DNA of 63,733 nt, counting the filler, from Sluysia triapertura (lineage: Eukaryota), in assembly GCA_046118255.1 (NCBI GenBank). It is 5 parts of 5 records of this genome, joined end to end, with 100 filler letters (N's around TTAATTAATTAA, not from the genome) between each part and the next. Parts side by side here need not be neighbours in the genome. Positions count along the whole stretch, not along the records: positions 39,162 to 50,485 come from JBJNIA010185979.1; positions 50,586 to 63,733 come from JBJNIA010056437.1; 3 more parts are not named here. One strand, 5' to 3'. The position numbers were made by a program, and so were the translations under genes. Shown here piece after piece: positions 50,376 to 62,800 of the stretch. A model generated the notes under the pieces. That model saw only the letters and a list, made by a program, of their open reading frames with translations. It ran no database searches and was not told where the DNA came from. The stretch's first letter is position 1, and each line of letters begins with the position of its first letter.

Positions 50376-51919
50376 AAGAATGAATAAATTTTTGTATATA
50401 TTTTAAACCTTCTAATTATTAAAAAATTTATTAAAAAATATATTTATTATAAAAATTTATTAAATTTATTATTTTAATAAAAATTNNNNNNNNNNNNNNN
50501 NNNNNNNNNNNNNNNNNNNNNNNNNNNNNTTAATTAATTAANNNNNNNNNNNNNNNNNNNNNNNNNNNNNNNNNNNNNNNNNNNNTCTAAGATATTCTTT
50601 AACTGTTAAGATTATTATAAATGTTTTCTCTTTTCATGATTCTTATTTCAACAATGTTTATAGTACTTCCTCTATCACTTCTCATCAATTCTTCCTTCAT
50701 TTGTAATTCTATGTCTTTTATTCGTCTCCTAATACAAAGTTGGGCAATCCCAACAGTATAATGTGTCCTATACTTTTGAAACGAAATTTATTTAACTAAA
50801 TGCAATATAATAATTAAAAGTGTACTTACTATCAATAAGTAATAGTTTATTCGAGTTTTATTTATTAAATAGTGTTGTTAATTTGTTATAATGTAAATTG
50901 TGCTTGTACACACAGCAAAAATAAGTGGTGTCCGTGCTTTTGAAACAGGGTATATATAGTGCCAATTTAGGAGTTCAATGAAAGGGATCATTCAATTATT
51001 ATTCAAAATAATTTAATATATTTACCAACGTCACTTCCTTCTTGAAAAATCAGTGAAATTATTACTTTTCATCTCATTTTAAGTCGTCCAATCCTTTTTT
51101 CCTTAGTTTTCTTTCTTAGTATAGAAAACCCCATCGCATCGTACAAGGTTATTTTACATACCTATAATTTCGCATGTTTATATTCTAATGCCAATGAATA
51201 GATGTTGCTTTTGATCCAGGATTACTGTTTTCCCGGGATCTTCAAGACTATTAAGGTTAATAAATTCAATACTTATTTAAATTTTATATTTTTCACGTAA
51301 GCAGTAAAATTAGTTAATTTCAAAATTAGTATTTTTATTACTTATTATTTACTTATTATTATCAATAGCACATATTTTTTTAAAAATTAAATATTTATAT
51401 TTTTCAGGATTTTTATATTTATTATTTCGTTACTTTTCCGATCGATACAATTTATATTATGCATACACCCGAAGTTGGATTGATGCTAAAATACACAGAG
51501 CAGCTATTTCATTTACAGTTTCGTGTTTTTTATTACAACAAATCAATTTATTGGTTTATCTTCAAGTAAAAGATGTAGAAGGTAATTTGATATACGTGTT
51601 TTTGTTAATCAGTTTTATATTCTGTTTGGTATTGTTTGTTGTGTTGTCAGTTAATGGATGGTTTATTCAAACCAGGAAAATACTTGTGGTTGGTTTTTTA
51701 TTAAATTATAATTATAAGTGATTTTCAATAATTAAATAATAGTATGGCTAAACTAATAACATAGGTGTATTGTACTCAGAAGATTGCAATTACTGTTAAA
51801 TCAATAAGCAAGACTCATTTTCTAAGTACGAAAATTGGTTATCAATAAAAACAAGAGTAACATTCAATATCGTGAACAATAATTACATTATTCAAACTTT
51901 AATCAATACCAAACATACC

Positions 51920-51968
51920 ATCACTGGTCATTTGACCGATACCTATAAAACCTCATTTCTAGGGTTAA
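51920..51968. mobile_element. Solitary piggyBac-type terminus
   Basis: TTTCTAGGG-TTAA (reverse complement TTAA-CCCTAGAAA) with a subterminal GGTCATTTGACC palindrome. No matching second end seen. Confidence 0.55.
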
Positions 51969-52153
51969 TTCAATATTAAAGTAACTTTCCAAAATGTTAT
52001 TCGAATTATTGATTGAGAATTTATAATTAAGTTATAATAAGATTCTAAATTTCGGCTCAGAATTATTTTAACTCCTATCCCATTATTTGATTTAGATTGT
52101 AAAATCATTATTCTGAAATTAATTTGGTGTAGATCTACTCTAAAGCTATCAAA

Positions 52154-52194
52154 TGGACACCGGGAATCGAACCCGGACCCACTCGCTGCTCAGT
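52154..52194 (-). tRNA. 3' fragment of a degenerate tRNA-Ala-like sequence (pseudo-tRNA)
   Basis: Reverse complement ACTGAGCAGCGAGTGGGTCCGGGTTCGATTCCCGGTGTCCA has a perfect T-arm (CCGGG-TTCGATT-CCCGG, B box) and a GTCCA end. Confidence 0.6.
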
Positions 52195-52680
52195 TCGATA
52201 AATGAATGAAAAAATATGTATTAATGTAATAGTTTAAGTCTCTTCTCTTTTAGAGAATGAAGGTTTTCTTGTATTGAGGAGAAATTTTCTTTCTATTCAG
52301 GGACCTTGTAGGACGTGGTCGCGGTATGCGTTATTCGAGTACTCCACAGCTAGTCGTACCAGGGTCTTGATTTCGGTCTTGAGAAGCTTGTAATTCTCGG
52401 GATCCCATGAACCCAAGGCTCCAACGACGAATGTATGCAGAGACACCTTCCTGCAGTTTGCCCTGGAGATCAGTATACTTCGCAATATTGGTGGTTCGGG
52501 TTACTTCGAAGTTTTTCTTCAGGTCCATGGGAGTTTTGACATCAATCAAGAACAGTTGCGATGAGGAACTATCGCGGGCCTGTATGTCAGGTGGTCAAGT
52601 GTCACCGATAATTGGTGGAGGCGAATCCTTGATGACCGAAAATCCCTTCTGAGTTATTTTGTCCATTAGGTAGTTAAGCT
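52195..52680 (-). mobile_element. 5'-truncated non-LTR retrotransposon with a restriction-like endonuclease (NeSL/Utopia/R2-type RLE) plus 3' UTR
   Basis: LNYLMDKITQKGFSVIKD..GDT*PPDI..LFLIDVKTPMD..F..TR..IAKYTDL / TFVVGALGSWDPENYKLL..YRDH shows the PD-D-KxxY RLE motifs and the GALGSW..EN motif typical of this clade. One stop and one frameshift. Confidence 0.85.
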
Positions 52681-52696
52681 ACTGAGCTATCAGCCC
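52681..52696 (-). tRNA. 5' fragment (acceptor strand and A box) of a tRNA-Ala-like sequence, interrupted by the RLE retrotransposon
   Basis: Reverse complement GGGCTGATAGCTCAGT fits tRNA positions 1-16 (T8, A9, GCTC D-stem, A14, G15). Confidence 0.5.
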
Positions 52697-54687
52697 AATC
52701 TAACAATTTTATTTTATTATAGTCAATATTACTATCATAATTCTACATGGAACTTTAGACCTTTACCCCAACAATATATTAGATTCTGAGTTATCCGGAA
52801 ATAATAGTGAAAGAATCTATCATTTATATAATAATTGTTGAATCGAAAGTTAAACTGCTTCAGAGCATGAACAATTCTGAAAGGTATAAAAAACCATGCG
52901 ATGCGTTGAAATTATTCGAAGTGAAACAATTCTTAGACTTTATTCGATGACATTTGATGAATTGTACAAAGAAATTTTTGTATACCTTTTAAATGAGTTG
53001 ATCATTGACTAATAATTGAACTAAATAAAGTTTATGGTACTAAAATATTGTACTATTAGGTAATAAACCAATCAAAAAAACATTATTTTGTATACATTTA
53101 AATCATTTAGAAAATGTGGTTGAAAAATGATAAAATTTTGTGCAACAAAAATATGTGCAAGAAGATGATGATCGATGTAGCATGGTGTAACATTTTAATC
53201 GTTTTTCTTAACTTACTGTAATAGGATCAAAATTGACTAAATGATACTTTACTCTAGCATTAATTTGTTACTCATAGCTACTTTAAAACCATGACAAACA
53301 TTCTTTTGACACTTGAAAAAGGTATTTGAAGGTTAAGTTCCTTCTAACACATTTTTATGAATATCTTATCAACGGATTTTAAAATATAACCATGCTAACT
53401 TGTTAAATATATCAATTTAATGGTTGTGTGTATGAAATTATAATAATTATGTTTTATTAATATAATTTATAGTTCTAACATATATTTTTCGATTAGTTTA
53501 ATTTTTTATACTCTTCNNNNNNNNNNNNNNNNNNNNNNNNNNNNNNNNNNNNNNNNNNNNNNNNNNNNNNNNNNNNNNNNNNNNNNNNNNNNNNNNNNNN
53601 NNNNNNNNNNNNNNNNNNNNNNNNNNNNNNNNNNNNNNNNNNNNNNAGAATTGGTTGATGACCAATGGAAATTAATTTCATTTTTGTTTAATCCAATTAC
53701 AGCGGATCAAGGTAACAAAAATGTAATATCAATAAATTCTGAAAACAATGAACAGAAACTAGCTACACCAGAGAACACACAGAAATCTATTTAAATCGTG
53801 TTTTATTAACAATAAAATATATTTTAATGCATTTGATTTTTTTGTTAGTGTAATTAACCGTTTGAGTGCGGGATAATTTTGTTATACATATACTAAAAAT
53901 ATTTTTTTTGGGGAAACAATGAAAATGGTTATAATTAACACTAATTGTTATGTAACAAGTAATTCTGATCAAAAAAATTTTTTATTTTCATTTTTTACAA
54001 GAATGTTTTGCTGCACAAATTCCATGAACTCCTTTTTTTACCAACAGCAGCATTTTCGCATTATCGATACAAAACAAGAAAAACGCTATCGCGCTGTGCC
54101 GTATTTTTGGCATAAGACAAATTAAGCACGATTTTTCTTGGAAATAATTAATTTTTGTTGAAATATTTAACGTGAAACTATTAAATTTAGGTTGCTATAA
54201 TATTTTCAAAAAATGTCTAATTTTCAATTACATTCTAGTTTAATTTTTATGATTCCAAAATATTTTGAAATAATGTATTCGTTTTATCTAAAACCTATTT
54301 ATTTGGCAAATTTAACAATACATTATGATTTTATAAATATGACTGGAATTAATCGTTGAAATATTGTTTGAAACATTGGAGATTCAAATAAGAATAAAAC
54401 TTTTTTAAATATTCAAATAAACTTCATTTTTATGTTTAATAAATTAGGAATAGTAATAATCCTAAATATGAACTTTATAAAAAAAATTTTAACTTTGTTA
54501 TAATAAAAAGTTTTATTCTAGAGGTTGTCAATAGAGATATATATATTTAGCACGTTATAATGAATTTTATTAATAAATTTAATTAAATTATATTGTTTGA
54601 TTTTGTTTTTGATTTTTTTATGTGGTAGATTTTAATCATTTCTTGATACGTTACTAACGTATAAGTAATATGTTTTAATATTTTACG

Positions 54688-55341
54688 ATGAATAAAATAA
54701 TAGGTATTTATTCTGATAATGATAAACAATTAAAACTTCGCACTAATTCATTTGATGAAAGTTTACCCGATAAGATTAATTTAGAATCTAATAAAATAAC
54801 TTTATACTCTACTGGTAAGCAAGTTGATATTAAATTCTCGAATTTACAGTTGGATATAAACACTGAAACTCATTTAAAAAATTCAAAGAATAAAATTGAC
54901 TTTGAAATTGTTGTAAAGTCTAAAAGAATACATACAGATTTAGCTTTTGATTATAATGGAAGTGACAAATATTTTTGGTTAAAAGAAATTGAAAATAAAA
55001 TTATTAAAGGAGATTTGCTGCAGTGTAAATTTTGTTCTAATCCAATTGCTGACATCAAGTAAGATTTTATTGTTTAATAAACAATTTCTGAAGAGATATC
55101 AATAAAGTTAAATTGGTATGTATTGATGAAAAGAGCGACGCAAAAGATTGGTTTTGTTGTATAAATCAACACCAGCACAGTCATATAAATGATTCAAAAA
55201 ATTTACAAATTAATTCCGATTGTTGTTTTAACTTAGGACATGAAATCGTTGTTAATAAAATTAGACTAAAAAGTCAAAATGTTATCAATAATAAAAATAT
55301 TTTGTGTTGTAATCGATGTGAAAAAATTGTAGCAAGATTCG
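54688..55341 (+). CDS. UBE3D: UBE3D / E3D-like (HECT_2 family) ubiquitin ligase, exons 54688-55058 and 55094-55341; 3' exons not located
   Basis: LQCKFCSNPI..(35-nt intron)..KDINKVKL..DWFCC..DCCFNLG..ILCCNRCEKIV matches the UBE3D pattern CxxC..EWCCH..DCFIG..VICKRC. Splice phases are consistent and a GTTAGT donor follows at 55342. Confidence 0.75.
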
Positions 55342-56479
55342 GTTAGTATAATTTTAGGTTTTATGGTTAATTTCATTTAATTCAAATTATTGATAAACGA
55401 TTTATATTTTTATCTTTAAATTTTATCTAATAAATCTCGTTACTTATAGTTTTACGACGTATTAGAAATCTCCTCGTTTTGCTACGTACTTTTGATCCAA
55501 TTAGATAAATGTGTTGATTTATATTTTTGGACAAATATTTTATATTTTTTCAGTCAGGTATTATGAAAGGGTTGGTTGCTGTCTAGTTTACATTTGAGGT
55601 TTCTGTAAAAGTTTATCTTTAATTTAGTCACGTCATTGTTGCATAAGTTCTTTATATTATTTAAGCTAAAATACACGAAAACTTTAGTTATTAAATTACT
55701 GAAATATTTCACTTAACAGAGTTTATTAATCCTTTAATATATGCATTGTAAAATGAATATAGTACTGAATGTGAAATATTAAGTTTTTCTAACATACTAT
55801 TCAAATGTTACACATGGTTAATTTATTCCTGCATTAAATTACTTTCGTTACAAATTAATAAAATTGTCAACCTTAATATATTGGAACAAAATTTAACAAT
55901 AATTTTAATAATACGTAAAAAGAGAATTAATAGAATTGATAACGAATAAATAAGTTATAAAATAAATATCTGTTAAGAGTTTATATAGTAAACTTAAATC
56001 TTATTATTTAAACCAGGGAATGCAACTGATTGTGGTAACCCAATCAAAAGAAAACAAATTTAAGTTCTTGAAACAGTTCACAATTTATCTTGAATTGCAG
56101 AATATAATAAGTTGTAAGATTTTAATAATTTAATCTCCTTGTATAGATATTGATAAGTGGTTTTATCAGTATTAGCACCTAGCCTAAGTATGTTTATTCT
56201 TTAATAATTTCAATTATTAATCATCAAATTATGGTATTGTCATATATGAAAAATTTATCTGAATTTATTGAAAATTTAAAAATCATTAGATTTATATATA
56301 AAACTTTATTAATGCAAAACATAAAATTTATTACTAAACATTTATTTAAGACATATCTAAAATTCATATAACATTTTTTCTTTTATTTCTCGAGCATACT
56401 AAAAACCATACTTGATCATGTCCTAAAAGCAAAATTGTGATGTTATGATGAGGCACATGAAAATCAAAAGTAATATAAT

Positions 56480-57342
56480 GTTCAAAAGAATTAAAAATAC
56501 TTCGTTAAAGTTTTTGATACTGACGTATGGTGGCTGAATTGAATTTTCTTTAAAATTTTCAGAAATTGATACTAACTCGTTCAAACCATGGGCATATGGA
56601 CATAGATCGCCATATTTCGTACATTGTCCTGATGTTGTGGCTTGAAATTGACAAAGAGTGTATTTTGGAAACTTGAATTTATCATCAAATTGATTTATTC
56701 TATAAGTGCTTTACATATCACTTGGACAAGATGTCAAAAAATCAATCGGAATTTGAATACTAAAATCATACAAGGCATATTAAACACATCTGAAGAGTCT
56801 TTATTTTGATCATTTGATATATCTTTGGTGGATAATGAAAGATTCGAGTCATAACCATTTGGTATACTGATACTTTTCATTGTTTTAAAATTATGCTGTG
56901 AATTTGTAAAACGATTTAAAATTTTATTGCTCGGATTATTTGATAAATCGTTGAACTGGGTTTAGTCGTAATCATTATATAAAACTTTATTGTGTATATG
57001 AATTGCATCATGATTAGGAAATCTAATATAATAATTTTTTAACAACTCTTCTAATAGTTTTTCAAGAGTAGCAGCACGCAATTGAATGATGTTCATACAC
57101 AATGTTTTCTTTAATATTACCGTTCTCCGTGGAATTAGGAAAATTCAAATGGACTAGGTCGTTCAATAATGTATTCATAATTGTATTACCATTCATATAT
57201 TTATGATACTTTTCATGATAATGTCGTCATCTGCTGGATAAGATTTCTGTAATATCATATTTGTAAATATTCTTTCACGTAGCTTTACGGGTTGTCTGAG
57301 CTGACTTGAAGTAGTTGTCGTTGAAATTATATTGTTATTCAT
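56480..57342 (-). pseudogene. Decayed CCCH zinc-finger gene (finger at 56653-56588, CQFQATTSGQCTKYGDLCPYAH-GLNEL)
   Basis: ATG at 57342, then stop- and frameshift-riddled N/S-rich coding-like sequence, then KYTLC..C..CPYAHGLNEL, a TIS11/Roquin-like finger with C-x9-C-x6-C-x3-H spacing. Confidence 0.62.
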
Positions 57343-59562
57343 AATTACTAATTAAATATCTAGGACATCAATAAGTTATCTTTGATAGAAATTAACAAAT
57401 ATCGTTTTATAAAATTACTTTTTATTAATGTTTAAACTGTTGAAAAGTTATAAATTGTGATTTTTAATAATTGTTATTTAATCATAACTTGTGAAATAAT
57501 TCACTGACTATTTGTCAGCCAATAGGCATGTTACAATTTAGAAAAATTTTAACAGTAACTATGTCTATGATCGACAAATAAATTTTTGTATTAACAATGA
57601 CGTTATGTGATTGTTATTGCATGGCTAATACAATATCACTCACCAGGTGTAGTAGCAGTAATTATGCACTGTAATCCAATTGGCAACAATCAAAATGCTG
57701 TCCAAAGTGACAGTTACTATGCTTAAACAATTAATGGTGATGCTAATGAGAATTGTTAATAATAAAATTTGATAATNNNNNNNNNNNNNNNNNNNNNNNN
57801 NNNNNNNNNNNNNNNNNNNNNNNNNNNNNNNNNNNNNNNNNNNNNNNNNNNNNNNNNNNNNNNNNNNNNNNNNNNNNNNNNNNNNNNNNNNNNNNNNNNN
57901 NNNNNNNNNNNNNNNNNNNNNNNNNNNNNNNNNNNNNNNNNNNNNNNNNNNNNNNNNNNNNNATAATTCTCTTTATTTAATATCTTTGTCTCTTGAAATG
58001 CTTTTAGATTTCTTTGAATTCTTAATGTATTTCCAACAGCATTTATATAGTAATAAAAAAGGTAACAACGTAGTTAAAGATGTTAAAAAAATTCCATTTT
58101 GATTATAATGATGTTTTACAATAACTTTGAAATGTAAATTTAATGTTTTTCAATGATATTAATTTGAATGTTGAAGAATTGTGAACTTGAAATGTTTTGA
58201 ATTAACTTTGAAATGTAAATTTGATCATTTTCGATGTTGCTTATGATTTTAATGTTATGGAATTGTGAATTTAAAATATTTTAAAGTATCTAAAATTTTA
58301 ATGAATCTGAAGAAGTAAAATATAAAATATTATAAAAGGTGATTTTTAGTGTACAGTAGTGAATTGAAATTTTAAGTGATAAGGTTGGCCACTTACATTA
58401 AGTAAATATCCTACATTAGCTGCAATTGAGTGCTTGACAATAATACTCGTTCCGATAACCTGGAAGAGAAACACGAGTAAATTTTATTTCGAAATTGAAT
58501 TTTTATGTTATTCAATGAAAATACTTAATTTAATTTTAATCACTCTCAAAGAAATGCTATATTGCTGTAATAGTGTCTACTCTACCCTTGGGGCTCCTTT
58601 CTTCAGTAATTGATTGACATTTGCAACAAAAACACAAATCAAATTTGTAAAAATTTATTAATAAAATGGCTATATCCTGTATAGTAAATAAGATTATCAA
58701 TTAAGTCAGACAATAACATATTTAAATAATAAAAATATAAAACTAGTTTAAACACTTTGTAAAATTTGTAAATGAAATTATTAATATTAAAGTTTATGTG
58801 CTTTTGGACGATCAAAACAGTAATTATTACTTAGCCCTTTTAAACGATCAAATATATCTCTGTCTATAATTTTAATTTTAGTTTCTCTCGTGTCTTGTTA
58901 AAGTCCTATGGCTATTTATATAATGTAATATGTATATAATATAATAATTTGTAGCTAATAACTTCTTAAATAATATAATAGTATCCTTGGTTAATGATAA
59001 TAATAATTACTTTTTTCTCTGTATAGTAGTGAAACTAAAACTTGTAGTTAATAATGTTTTAATGTAGTAATAATAATATAATACTATCTTTAGTTAATGG
59101 TAATAATAATTTTTTCATGTGACAGTAGTGTAACTAGTTTTAATAATAATAATAGATAATAAACTGATAGTATAATAATTTTCCAGTGTAGTGAAATTTT
59201 ATAAAAAATTTTTTAAATAAATTCCATAATATTAGTGATCACTTTTTAATCGCATACAGACAATATTCAAAGTGAAATTAATCGCATGCAAGCAGTTTTA
59301 AACTATAAATAAATTCCTTAGTCATTTTTAATTGCATGCAGACAATAAATTCTATTATAACAATCATTTTTAATCACAGAGACAAATTGCAGCACTTTTA
59401 GCAAACACCGTTCAGGATTACTGTGCGTCACAGAAAATAAAAGCTTTTGTAATAACCATGTACTAAATAGCGAACAAAGTTGTATTAAAAGATCGTATGA
59501 AACAAGCTCAAAATATTATCGTCAAATAATGGTAGCCGTTCAACTTCACCTGCTAACAATAA

Positions 59563-59805
59563 ACAATTACATCAACTTCAAAATGTGATGAAGAAAGCAC
59601 GGAGAATATTCAGAGGACACGTTCTAGTTATACTTCAAAATATAATGCATTTTACGAGTATAATGAATTAGACAAATTACAATTTAAAACTTGCTTTAAA
59701 TCGGACAATTACAATCTGGACGATTTATGTATCACAGTAAATGGATCCAATGTTACTTTAGCAATAAATGATCATCAGAACCATAAGAAGATCTACAAAA
59801 ACTAA
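59563..59805 (+). pseudogene. Possible small heat-shock (alpha-crystallin) domain fragment
   Basis: ATG-less open frame with DKLQFKTCFKSDNYNLDDLCITVNGSNVTL, resembling sHSP beta3-beta5 (F.V..DV..F.PE.I.V.V.G..L.V). Truncated. Confidence 0.3.
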
Positions 59806-62800
59806 TTCTAATAAAATTAAAAAAATAAGTAAAAAATAATAAAAAATTTTCAATAAAAAATAAATATTGATTAAAAAAATATTCAAAAAATGAAAGTTGA
59901 AATGCAAAACTTAAAAATCAAGTGGTACTTGTAAAATGGAATATTATTGGTTTAATTTTAGGATTATCATCAATAACTGCATCACTAACACTATTTGCAA
60001 TCGAGTTATAGTTAATTTATTACTAGTAAGGTAGCCGAAAAGTGTTGCAAAAGTTATTCATGTGAAGATCCGATACAGTCTTATATCGAAACGAAGTGGT
60101 ACGTATTTGGACTATAAAAAGATCTAATCCTTACATTGATAATTCACTAAATGATATACATTTTTGTCCTAAAAAGAATGAAATAATAATACTACTTAAG
60201 TGTTCTATTGTAAGTATATTTATACCTTTTCTTTCGATGTTTTATGGTTTTACAAATAAAATTTTAAATTTTGTTTCGTTAAGCTTGTTATTTTTTAAAG
60301 GCCTTAAGCCTAGTTTGATAATTAAAAAATTTCTAATATTAGTGTTAAATTTTAGTCGTTTGTTAAAGAAAATATTAATCTTTGTTAAAATAAAAGTAAA
60401 CAACAATAATTTGTTAACTACAAAATATATAAAGACCTCCTACAGTAAAGAAACTTGTACAATTTTTTAAGATTCTTGCAGAGTGTGCTTGTTTTGATTT
60501 ATATTGAACGTTTTGGAACAGTCCACAGTAAACGTAAAGATGTCAATGTTGGTATTTATGAACGCAGTAAAAGTTTGATTTTAGTAAGTTTATATCAAGA
60601 AATTAAACTGCCAAAATAAATACAATAATAAAGATGTAGATGTAAAATGCCGTCATTCAAGCATGTCATTAAATTATGCAAGGTTCTAATTGGAGTTGTT
60701 AGATCAAATAATCATTTAATTCTTCCTCATCAAATGAAGATCTATTTTGTTATGTAAGGCATGTTCCGTGAATTAAATTTAGATCAGATTAAATATTTAT
60801 CGAATTTTTATTATATAGATATAAAAATGGCCATTAAATTAGAAATATAATTATAACTCTGCCTTTGGTGATATTCAAAAAATTATTCCTAATAAAATAA
60901 TTTTTGCTTTAAAAAATTGTAATAAATTAAAAAGCGTTATTATAATGAAAATATTGTGTCAAATATACATACAGTTGTTAGTGTTGTTTAAATATTAAAA
61001 ATACTAACTTCAGGATAGGATCCAATATGGAATTTTGAAGTAAAATATACGTTATATTTTATTAATAATAATTGAATTTTTAATTATGTATCTAATAAAT
61101 AAAAAATAATTATACTTTATATTTTATATAATAATTATAAATTTTTATATTTATACTTTTTGTTGGTTTCAAAAAAGTTCCAACATGGTGCTAACCTTAC
61201 TTCAACAAATGCATTGCAAACTCGTTTGATATATAGAAGTTATAATCAACTAGTCTTTTATTCCAATAACATTCTGGGACAATCAATCATAACTTCAACT
61301 CAAAAAACAGATGTTTTTGGTCAGTATGAATTTGAATATTACAAAACGATTGATATCTTATAAACCTATTGAATATGAAGTTAATATAATAATCAGTGAT
61401 CGATCATTTCTTGGGAATGCCGCCTCATTTTAAGAGGAACCTGTATTAACAACCATGATAAATTTGTCTTACAAAATTTGTGAAACAATTGAATTGTAGA
61501 ATCAGCTGAAATTGCTTTTGAACATGGCAAAAATGATCCAGAAATGATTATGCGATTTAAATCCAATCAGAGACAATTATCTATTCAAATAAAACACTCA
61601 GGTGGTTATTTTACCTTAATCGCGATATGAGGTTTCACATAAATGCGCGTTCTTTCAATAGACAATTTTATTTAATCGTCAGTAATTCTCGCCTGAAAAC
61701 TTTGATGTTACTCGGAAATGCGAAACAGTAACTTTAATATTCACAAATTTATAAAAGACCTTGTTAGTACTTTATTGGTTTTTAAGCATTTTTTATTTAT
61801 GTTCTGATTTTAATACGTTTGGTACAGTAAAAGTAGACAATAAATTAATTGTTTATTTTATTTTCGTAAATTGGTGTTCAATTAATTAAACAGCACTTAT
61901 GGCTATAAAGAGTTAAGAAATGATTTTTCATAAAAATTGTCAAACAAAAATAAATTATTTTACTTATATTATAAATAATAAAGTATTTCATAGTCAAATC
62001 AAATTTATTTCTTAAGATGTTTTGAACAATTTGTTTGATTTTCACGAAAATTATACTGTAACTCTTACAATTTAAATTATGTATCGAAAATTCGTTTTAG
62101 TTATTCACCATTCTCATTATATACTCACACTGTATTTTTTTTGATACGGATGTCACTCAAATGCATCATTGGCCTGCATTGACCATATTGAATGTTATGT
62201 TTTGCAATATGTTTGTATCATTAATAATGTTCTAACTGACCGTTCATTCTCCATTCCGTCAAATTCGATCTTAATTAAGAATCACATACATGTTCATAAT
62301 CTGCAACAAACAAAGTTAAAGCTAATTTCCTAATTCCATCAACAAAAATGTACATACATATTACTGAAAGCCTACAAAATCCTCGACCATCCAAAACTAA
62401 TAAAGCTAAAGATAAATTTTTGATTTTGACAACAAAATCGTATTCCACATGCATAATTCTAGAAAAGTAAATAAATAACGATAAAATTTTAAACTTACAG
62501 AGAAAAATATAGTAACAACATGAGAATTAAATTTTATAGATGGTTTAGAATTTTTTGGTATTGTTAGAAATTTATTAACAATAAATTTTAATTATCTGTT
62601 TCACAGGTTTAACAAATGTCTTAACAAAACTTTAGGCTTAATGCCTTTAACGAACATTAAAAAATTTGTTATGAACAAATTAACTAAATGAACAAATGTT
62701 TTTTATTAACTAACAAAAAAATGAAATTAAAATAATAAATATAAATGTACGTACATATTGATGACGTCTTACGATTTCTGTAATAAGTAAATTACGAGAA

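Noticed and set aside
53493-57980. ORFs 53493..53681, 57753..57980 and 57769..57966
   Set aside because: Artefacts of reading through N gaps.
60540-60760. Possible UBE3D 3' exon (AVKV..LYQ..SNNHLILP..IYFVM*)
   Set aside because: Interrupted by stops, and no phase-consistent splice path from 55341 could be built.
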